DNA of 64,000 nucleotides, taken from a bacterium (GTDB taxonomy: Bacteria; Patescibacteriota; JABMPQ01; JAUVWW01). Position 1 is the first letter of the stretch. Each line of letters starts with the position of its first letter. Where the stretch lies: the NCBI GenBank assembly GCA_030603885.1, contig JAUVWW010000002.1, forward strand, positions 21,991-85,990. The letters run 5' to 3'. Under the pieces are notes generated by a model that worked only from the letters and a program-made list of their open reading frames with translations, had not been told where the DNA came from and ran no database searches. Made by a program: the position numbers and the translations under genes. This document shows, piece after piece, positions 57,718 to 64,000 of this stretch.

Positions 57718-58593
57718 ATGGCTTTATTAAATAGATTACATCTTAATGCTTTAGCTTCTGTAGAGATAGAAAATGGCAATAGATTCGACTCAATTGCCAC
57801 TGGTTTTCTTATTGGATTTATATTAAAGAATAATAAAGATCCTAAGAAAAGATTATACAATATTTTCTTAATCACCAATAGACATGTTTTTAGTGGTCGG
57901 CAGAAGATATTTTTACGATTTAATAAAAAAGATGGTAAAGCTGTCAGATTCCCGGTCAACTTGATAGTTAATAAGCAGACAACATGGCTTGCACATAAAA
58001 ATAAGAAAGTAGATCTAGCTTTATTAACAATTTCCCCACAAGTTTTGAATACTCATAATGTTGAATGGCTATTTTTCAATGAAGAGATGCTTGCTTATCC
58101 TAAAAAATTTCAAGAGATTGGAATTGAATTAGGTGACGAGGTATTCATTTTGGGATTTCCTCTTGGCCTTTCGGGTAAGCTACAAAATTTTCCTGTTGTA
58201 AGATCAGGAATTATTGCCAGGTGCGACAGAGAAATCTTGAGGGATAAAAAAGCATTTGTCATCGATGCCTCTATTTTTCCTGGTAATAGTGGGGGACCCA
58301 TCCTGCTTAAGCCAGAACTGGCAAGTTTAAAAGGAACTAAAGCAGTAAATTCAATATATCTGCTCGGAGTTGTGTCTGGATATTTACCATATAAAGAGAT
58401 TCTTTACAGTCATCAATCTAAACCACCATCTTATGCTGGTGTTTCCATTGAAAACTCTGGCTTAGCTTTTGCTGTTTCTATGAATTTTGCTAAGCAGATT
58501 TATAACAAATGGATAGCAATCAAAAAGCAACTTGCTAAAGTTCAAAAGGGTACTGAAAGAATAGTTCAGAAACAAGTGCAAACATTAGATTAA
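57718..58593 (+). CDS. Trypsin-like serine protease
   Basis: Triad ITNRHVF / VDLAL / GNSGGP; LGFPLG; no signal peptide. Confidence 0.9.
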   Translation: MALLNRLHLNALASVEIENGNRFDSIATGFLIGFILKNNKDPKKRLYNIFLITNRHVFSGRQKIFLRFNKKDGKAVRFPVNLIVNKQTTWLAHKNKKVDLALLTISPQVLNTHNVEWLFFNEEMLAYPKKFQEIGIELGDEVFILGFPLGLSGKLQNFPVVRSGIIARCDREILRDKKAFVIDASIFPGNSGGPILLKPELASLKGTKAVNSIYLLGVVSGYLPYKEILYSHQSKPPSYAGVSIENSGLAFAVSMNFAKQIYNKWIAIKKQLAKVQKGTERIVQKQVQTLD

Positions 58594-58608
58594 TGAAATC
58601 TAATCGCT

Positions 58609-58705
58609 CAACAAAAAATCTCCACTTTAATTCGAGAATCTTTTAAACTTCACAAAAATCAAGAGAATTAATTGAGGAAGCGAAGAGGGAAGTAGAAAAT
58701 TTAAT
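58609..58705 (+). pseudogene. Frameshifted C-terminal remnant of an HsdS-like specificity subunit
   Basis: QKISTLIRESFKLHK / SRELIEEAKREVENLI. Confidence 0.7.
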
Positions 58706-58785
58706 CCTGCACCACATAGGGTGTAGAGCAGTTTGAGAAAGGAGGCAGAAGAAAATTCAAAATTAAAAAGTAAAAATGTAAAATT

Positions 58786-59013
58786 ATGTGTAAAGAAAAG
58801 ACTCAAGAAGAATTAAAGAAAGAAGTTAATAAAATTGTTAATGAACCAGACAGAGCCAGAGCAGAGCTTACATATCAACAAATTTTAGCTATTAGAAAAT
58901 TCAACAAACAGACTTTGCGTTATTCTAGAATACTGATTTGGCTTACAGGAATTATGACTGTAGCTGTATTAATTCAGATTGTAATAATGATGGTTTTATA
59001 CAAATGTGAGTAG
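58786..59013 (+). CDS. Small membrane protein
   Basis: One C-terminal TM; the stop TAG is supplied by the array motif. Confidence 0.6.
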   Translation: MCKEKTQEELKKEVNKIVNEPDRARAELTYQQILAIRKFNKQTLRYSRILIWLTGIMTVAVLIQIVIMMVLYKCE

Positions 59014-59068
59014 AAAATTTAATTGAGAAAAATTACTAAAATTTAGCCAGAGGTTAAGAGAAGTTAAT

Positions 59069-59473
59069 ATGAACAATAAAGATTTTGAAATTATAGATAT
59101 AAGGAATAAAATTATTTTTTCTCATAGAAAATTACTATTAACCATTTTGACTATTACTAATACAATAGCCCTTATAGGCGTTCCTAATATTAAAGAATCC
59201 TGGATAAGATATGAAATTCTTTTAAGGTTCACTTTTATTCTTTTCGTTATAGATACCATTATTGTTATTTGGTATTTATTAATGCTAATCAAGAAAGATT
59301 TAGAATATACAGATGAAATGAGAAATGCTTTAAGGCTAGGAAAATTGCAAGAGAAATACAGTGAAATAGATAAAAAACAAGAAAGAAATGAACATTATAC
59401 AGAAATAATTCTCTCTGTATTTTCCCTGGCAATGGTTTTACTTATTATTGCAATTTTTCCAAAATGTTATTAA
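59069..59473 (+). CDS. Three-TM membrane protein
   Basis: Three hydrophobic segments. Confidence 0.65.
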   Translation: MNNKDFEIIDIRNKIIFSHRKLLLTILTITNTIALIGVPNIKESWIRYEILLRFTFILFVIDTIIVIWYLLMLIKKDLEYTDEMRNALRLGKLQEKYSEIDKKQERNEHYTEIILSVFSLAMVLLIIAIFPKCY

Positions 59474-59492
59474 AGAATGTTTAGTTTGAGCT

Positions 59493-59595
59493 AAAATCGC
59501 TAATTTAATTCGCCAATCCCACCATGCTCGCAAAAAAAGCAAAGGGATTATTGGAAGAGGCGAAGAGGGAAGTAGAAAATTTAATTGAGAAATAA
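59493..59595 (+). pseudogene. Frameshifted C-terminal remnant of an HsdS-like specificity subunit
   Basis: KIANLIRQSHHARKK / AKGLLEEAKREVENLIEK*. Confidence 0.75.
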
Positions 59596-59635
59596 TAATC
59601 TCTAAAATTTATAATCAAAAAATAATTTAAATATT

Positions 59636-59797
59636 ATGTCTAATACAAAAAAGAGAAAAAAGAAAGAACCAGCACCTTGGAAGCCTGTTAATCTAGAAGA
59701 ATTTAACAAGAATACCAAGGTTATTTCAGAAATGTTTAAGTCGGATCCTAAAAGACTGAACGAGTCTCAGAATAATAATGACGATAATACTGAATAA
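59636..59797 (+). CDS. Small protein (53 aa), possible antitoxin (not in the ORF track)
   Basis: MSNTKKRKKKEPAPWKPVNLEEF...; ends 5 nt before the PIN-like gene. Confidence 0.45.
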   Translation: MSNTKKRKKKEPAPWKPVNLEEFNKNTKVISEMFKSDPKRLNESQNNNDDNTE

Positions 59798-59802
59798 TTA
59801 AT

Positions 59803-60363
59803 ATGTCTCAAGCTATTTCTATTGAGAAAAACTGGATTATATTTGATACATGCACTGTTTCTAAAATATCAATTATTGGTAATGCTACTTCAATAATAGA
59901 ATCTATCTCAAATCAAATTGGTCCATTTACAGCAGTTATTACCCCATTGGTTCGTTTTGAATTTTTGAGAAAAGCAAATTCTAAGAGTGAGTTCGAGAAA
60001 TTTCGAGATTACCTAACCAAAACTTACACAGAAATAGATCTAGTTTCAAAAGAAGATCGTTATGATATCCATCGTTTATCTTCTGAACTCGCGTGTGTTT
60101 GTAGGTATGCAATCCCCAATCATTATAAACATATTGACATGACAGACTTCATACATGGTGGATTATTACGAAGATATCCTAGAAATCTTTTTTTATTAAC
60201 GTTTGATATAAATGATTTTCCTGATCCAATATTTGAACTATTACATCACGAAAGTATCAAGATAAATAAAAATTTAGAAATATGGGCATTATATAAATTT
60301 AACAAAGGAGGATTTGATAATTTATACAATAAATTCAAAAAGAGAAGTAGAAAATTTAATTGA
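59803..60363 (+). CDS. PIN-domain-like nuclease
   Basis: IIFDTC, TPLVRFEFLR, IDMTD, LLTFDINDF acidic pattern; the stop TGA lies inside the array motif. Confidence 0.65.
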   Translation: MSQAISIEKNWIIFDTCTVSKISIIGNATSIIESISNQIGPFTAVITPLVRFEFLRKANSKSEFEKFRDYLTKTYTEIDLVSKEDRYDIHRLSSELACVCRYAIPNHYKHIDMTDFIHGGLLRRYPRNLFLLTFDINDFPDPIFELLHHESIKINKNLEIWALYKFNKGGFDNLYNKFKKRSRKFN

Positions 60364-60369
60364 GAAAAA

Positions 60370-60909
60370 ATGACAGAAGCTGAATTTACTAAAAAGGTTT
60401 TAAATTTCTTTCAGAAAAAACTTAAAAGGAGTGGTCTCCCTATTAAAGTTGAGAGCTGCAACTATATTCTCCGCGATTTTACATTCTCTAGAGATAAAAA
60501 GGGTAAATGGCAGCTTCTTTGTGGAACCCAGGAGCAAGATATAATCTTCTATAAGGATATTATTTCAAGAAAGGATTTTCTCGGGGAGATTGGGAAAACA
60601 AGTGGTGCTGGACTTAGAAAGGATTTAATTATTCCACTCGCATTGTGCGAGCTTAAGGTCGGGACTTTAAATACTCATGGTATGATCGTGGCTGACAAGA
60701 TTGCCCAGGATGTAAAATCTATTTTTCCCCATTGCATTTCTCTTTTTATTGTTTTATCAGATATAAAAAGAAAACTTGGACCAGAGACAGTTCTAAGACA
60801 AGCAAAGAGCTTTAACGGAGTTTATCTTGAGTGGGAGAAGGAAAAGGAGGCAATCTGGAAAGAGTTAAGAAAACATTTTGAATATTGTAAAAAGAGAAAA
60901 GTTATTTAA
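60370..60909 (+). CDS. PD-(D/E)XK restriction-endonuclease-like protein
   Basis: MTEAEF, QEQDIIF, LALCELKV, NTH. Confidence 0.6.
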   Translation: MTEAEFTKKVLNFFQKKLKRSGLPIKVESCNYILRDFTFSRDKKGKWQLLCGTQEQDIIFYKDIISRKDFLGEIGKTSGAGLRKDLIIPLALCELKVGTLNTHGMIVADKIAQDVKSIFPHCISLFIVLSDIKRKLGPETVLRQAKSFNGVYLEWEKEKEAIWKELRKHFEYCKKRKVI

Positions 60910-60961
60910 ACTTTAAAAGATAGTAAATAAAATCATCTTTAAAAGAGACTGTCCCCTTTTT

Positions 60962-61024
60962 CTCTTAAACAAATTAAAACAATCAATTTTAGCTAAGGCA
61001 TTTAAAGGAGAATTAGTAAAATGA
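60962..61024 (+). pseudogene. C-terminal remnant of a classical type I HsdS
   Basis: LLNKLKQSILAKAFKGELVK*; the stop overlaps the ATG of the next gene. Confidence 0.8.
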
Positions 61025-61533
61025 AAAATTTTACTCAACAACAAATTTTAGAATTAGCTAAAAAATATTCTCACGAAACTAAAGATGAGCCGATAGAGAG
61101 AGAAATTAAAAAATGGTTAAAAAGTCATAGATACTTAGATAAGGATAGATTTATTAGATTGTGTTTGTGGAAATCTGCTAGACAGCGAAAAAATTACGAA
61201 AAAAATGATGATTTAACAATAAGAGAGATAACAAGATTTTCGTTCTTGACTAAAAGTGAAAGGGCAAGGATAGAATCATTACAGATTTTAGATGGTGTTT
61301 CTTATCCTGTGGCCTCGACTATTTTACATTTTGCTTTTCCAGACAAATATCCAATTATGGACTTTAGAGTAATTTGGTCGTTGGGATGGAAGCAACCAAA
61401 ATATTATAATTTTGATTTTTGGCAGAAATACGTTAATAAATTAAGAAAACTTGCAAAAAAATACAAAGTTTCTTTAAGAGAATTAGATAAAGCCCTTTGG
61501 TATTATTCAAAAGAGAATCAAAAAAATAATTAA
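61021..61533 (+). CDS. Helix-hairpin-helix DNA-glycosylase-like protein
   Basis: LCLWKS, LQILDGVSYPVASTILHF..YPIMDFRV, RELDKALW. Confidence 0.65.
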   Translation: MKNFTQQQILELAKKYSHETKDEPIEREIKKWLKSHRYLDKDRFIRLCLWKSARQRKNYEKNDDLTIREITRFSFLTKSERARIESLQILDGVSYPVASTILHFAFPDKYPIMDFRVIWSLGWKQPKYYNFDFWQKYVNKLRKLAKKYKVSLRELDKALWYYSKENQKNN

Positions 61534-61623
61534 AATTTAACCCTAAGTTGAGAGATAACCCACGCCCACCATCCGAAAGAAAATTTGGCCAAACCGAAAA
61601 TCAAGATCAAACAAACTAACCCC

Positions 61624-62133
61624 ATGAAATACATTGCCATCAGCGGAAGCTGGAGAAAAATGAATAGTCAGTTAGAAAAAGATGTCAGAGATCATGTTCG
61701 AGAAATTATTTCTCGTGGAGATGGTATTGTTTCTGGCGGAGCTTTGAATGTTGATTATATTGCTACTGATGAAGCATTAAAACTAGATCCATCTGCCAAA
61801 AGAATAAAAATCTTTCTTCCAGCCACTTTAGAAATTTTTTCTGCTCATTATCGAAAACGGGCTCGAGAAGGAGTGATTACCAAAGAACAAGCTGAAAGCC
61901 TTATTGCTCAACTAAATAAAGTAGGTCAATTAAATCCCTCCTCGATTATTGAGAATAAAAATAATAAAGTTTTAGACAAAGAGACATATTATGAAAGAAA
62001 TTCAGCTGTTATAGAAGCAGCCGATGAATTAATAGCCTTTCATGTTAATAAAAGCCTTGGTACTAAAGATGCCATTGAAAAGGCTCATAAAAAAGGCATT
62101 CCAGTAAAAACTTTTAGTTATACTATTGAATAA
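61624..62133 (+). CDS. SLOG superfamily (DprA/YspA-like) protein
   Basis: IAISGS, IVSGGALNVD, ERNSAVIEAADELIAF..SLGT..I..A. Confidence 0.75.
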   Translation: MKYIAISGSWRKMNSQLEKDVRDHVREIISRGDGIVSGGALNVDYIATDEALKLDPSAKRIKIFLPATLEIFSAHYRKRAREGVITKEQAESLIAQLNKVGQLNPSSIIENKNNKVLDKETYYERNSAVIEAADELIAFHVNKSLGTKDAIEKAHKKGIPVKTFSYTIE

Positions 62134-62183
62134 GCAAGATTTAGCCTGAGGTTGAGGAAAATTTAATAATTAATTAAAAAAAC

Positions 62184-62381
62184 ATGGAAGAGCAAAAAGA
62201 AGAAAATTTAATTAAGAAAAGAAGTAAATTAGTTATTTTTGGCCTTATTCTTATTGGTATTATTTTTATTATGCTTTGCTTAAAAGCTTTAAGTAATGAA
62301 GACGATTGGATTTGCCAAGATGGCCAGTGGGTAAAACATGGCTATCCCAGCGCCCCAAAACCCACCACCCCTTGTAAATAG
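62184..62381 (+). CDS. Small membrane-anchored protein
   Basis: TM followed by EDDWIC..GQWVKHG.PSAPKP..PC. Confidence 0.7.
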   Translation: MEEQKEENLIKKRSKLVIFGLILIGIIFIMLCLKALSNEDDWICQDGQWVKHGYPSAPKPTTPCK

Positions 62382-62479
62382 ATTTAACTACAGTTGGGTT
62401 ATTCTTAAATTCTTGAGAATATTGGAATAGTTAGAAACTTTAGATAAAGAGATTATAGCTTACCTAATGAAATTAAATT

Positions 62480-63103
62480 ATGAAAGACAAAAGCACATTA
62501 GGTTGCTTAATTGGGCTAATTATTATTGTTTTAATCATAGCTGGCTTAATTGGGCTTTATGTTTGGAAAGGACCACCAGCTAGTTTAACAGCTAAACAAG
62601 CTTACCAAAAAGCCTTAGAATATATTAAAACTCAAGATGAAACTTTTTTAGCCTCTTTAGCTGAAGGCTATATACCAGAAAGTGTTGGTCGAGTTTCTGA
62701 TCTTGAAAAAACAGGAAAAGGAATAGGCTGGTATCTTTGTTTTTATTCAAAAAAAGAAGATAAGTGGATTAAACTTTCTACAAGCTGGAAAGGAGAAATA
62801 GAAGAGACAGATACTTCTTTATATTCCTGTACTAGCAAAGATAAAATAGATTCTGAAAAATGGAAGATTGACAGTGAGCAGGCAATTGACATCGCCAAAA
62901 ACAAGGCTGAAGAAGAAGGCAAAAAAAGATTTGTTCCTATTAAGATAGAACTTTATCAATCAGAAGAAAAGCCAACTTGGTCGGTTATATTTTTCCCTCC
63001 CAATGTAGGCAAAGACACAGTTGGTTTTAGTGTCACTATTAATGGAGAAACAGGGGAGGTTATAAGGACAGGGGAGCCTGGCTACCATTATTTAGTTATT
63101 TGA
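62480..63103 (+). CDS. Membrane-anchored PepSY-like protein
   Basis: N-terminal TM; LTAKQAY, IDSEQAIDIA, PTW.V, INGETGEV. Confidence 0.65.
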   Translation: MKDKSTLGCLIGLIIIVLIIAGLIGLYVWKGPPASLTAKQAYQKALEYIKTQDETFLASLAEGYIPESVGRVSDLEKTGKGIGWYLCFYSKKEDKWIKLSTSWKGEIEETDTSLYSCTSKDKIDSEKWKIDSEQAIDIAKNKAEEEGKKRFVPIKIELYQSEEKPTWSVIFFPPNVGKDTVGFSVTINGETGEVIRTGEPGYHYLVI

Positions 63104-63113
63104 TTATAATTCT

Positions 63114-64000
63114 ATGAAGAAATTTTTTGTTGTATTGATCATCGTTATTATTCTAGGCAGCCTAATTTTTGTGGCCTGGAAATTTTGGTTTAAAAAAGAA
63201 AGTATCTCAACCGGGAAAGTTCTATCTATACCCCAAGAAATTCTTAAAAATAAGTTTGGCTTTCTTTCTGGAGCTCCTGATGATGTTAAAATGATAAAAG
63301 GTTCTGGGGCTCTTTGGGCCAGGCCTCATGTTGGACCTTTTTTGTGGGATGCTATGCAAAGTAAAAAAACAGAAGAGATTTTTTTTAATAAGACTGACTG
63401 GGCAGTAAAAAGATATCAAAAAGGAAAAATTGGCATCTTGGCTACTTTATGGCCCTTTGCTGATTGGGACCAGAAGATGAGAACTGACTATTCAGAGTGC
63501 GAAGTGAGTAGCCTTGATGAATTTTTACCAGAACCCCGCCTAGAGAAAAAAGGAGATTATTTGCCTAAATATCGATGCAATCCTCATGATTGGCCAGCTT
63601 ATAAAAAATGGGTTATGGCCGTGGTTGAGCGTTATGATGGAGATGGTAAATTGGATATGCCAGGTCTAGAAATTCCCATCAAGTATTGGGAAGTGATGAA
63701 TGAACCAGATTTAGTTGGGCCAGAAGATTTTGAAGAAAGTAGGCTAGAGTTTTATAGGGAAGATCCTCAGGCTTATGCCAAGCTTCTTATTCAGACTTAT
63801 CAAGCTATCAAAGAGGCTGACCCAGAAGCTTTTGTTCTTATTGCTGGAGCAGCTGGTGGAGGCGGTTGGTCTCTAGACTTTTACCGAGAGGTCTTTAAAA
63901 ATTCAGACACTCAAGATGCCTTTGACATTGCCAATGTTCATTGTATCTCCAATGACGATTATCAGTCTTTTAATGTGGAGCCATATCAAGAAATGCTTGA
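63114..64000 (+). CDS. Membrane-anchored clan GH-A glycoside hydrolase (GH39/GH5-like), truncated by the window end
   Basis: Open frame from ATG 63114: TM, VVERYDGDG..DMPGL, YWEVMNEPD, AIKEADPEA, FDIANVH. Confidence 0.8.
   Translation, partial: MKKFFVVLIIVIILGSLIFVAWKFWFKKESISTGKVLSIPQEILKNKFGFLSGAPDDVKMIKGSGALWARPHVGPFLWDAMQSKKTEEIFFNKTDWAVKRYQKGKIGILATLWPFADWDQKMRTDYSECEVSSLDEFLPEPRLEKKGDYLPKYRCNPHDWPAYKKWVMAVVERYDGDGKLDMPGLEIPIKYWEVMNEPDLVGPEDFEESRLEFYREDPQAYAKLLIQTYQAIKEADPEAFVLIAGAAGGGGWSLDFYREVFKNSDTQDAFDIANVHCISNDDYQSFNVEPYQEML

Larger units (their letters stand above)
53834..60370 (+). repeat. Dispersed repeat TAGAAAATTTAATTGAGAAA at gene boundaries (7 copies)
   Basis: Copies at 53834 (partial), 56600, 57659, 58693 (3'-truncated), 59011, 59573 and 60348; 26-nt identity between 58680-58705 and 59560-59585. 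Confidence 0.92.

Noticed and set aside
53834-60370. CRISPR array or canonical integron attC sites as the explanation of the repeats
   Set aside because: Spacing is 0.3-2.8 kb and contains whole genes. I saw no RYYYAAC..GTTRRRY hairpin structure, and there is no cas or intI gene in the window.
62201-62220. AGAAAATTTAATTAAGAAAA near-match to the array motif
   Set aside because: It lies inside the 5' coding part of an apparently intact small gene and has mismatches. It may be chance in AT-rich DNA, so it was not counted, though it could mark the array edge.
931-63419. Numerous short antisense or alternate-frame ORFs in the track (e.g. 931, 13632, 16637, 29815, 33371, 35356, 39931, 57681, 63222)
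   Set aside because: They are largely or fully nested in well-supported genes and have no recognisable motifs.

Overview
AT-rich bacterial chromosomal window using the standard code 11. Gene content and sequence style point to a Patescibacteria/CPR organism (inference). Bases 1-52,300 are mostly housekeeping genes: pyk, ppsA, dnaG, rpoD, infC-rpmI-rplT, ssrA-smpB, argS, ileS, recO, tgt, glyQS, rsmI, metG, tatD, leuS, glmS, a GNA1-like acetyltransferase, tRNA-Ser and tRNA-Asn. Interspersed are a small island at tRNA-Asn, two leader-peptide attenuator-like elements, an aberrant tRNA-like gene, two candidate structured ncRNAs and short in-frame insertions in core genes. The most striking region is about 53,800-61,530, a co-oriented array of defence-like genes: DNA methyltransferase plus DGQHR protein, PD-(D/E)XK nucleases, a trypsin-like protease, a PIN-like toxin, an HhH glycosylase-like protein and small membrane proteins. 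Almost every boundary in this array carries the motif TAGAAAATTTAATTGAGAAA. In one frame the motif encodes the C-terminus of a restriction-modification specificity (HsdS-like) subunit (..EEAKREVENLIEK*), and it clips neighbouring genes. This looks like an integron-like cassette array built on hsdS 3' ends, with no integrase or intact hsd genes in the window. All product calls come from motif recognition by eye; no database searches were run.
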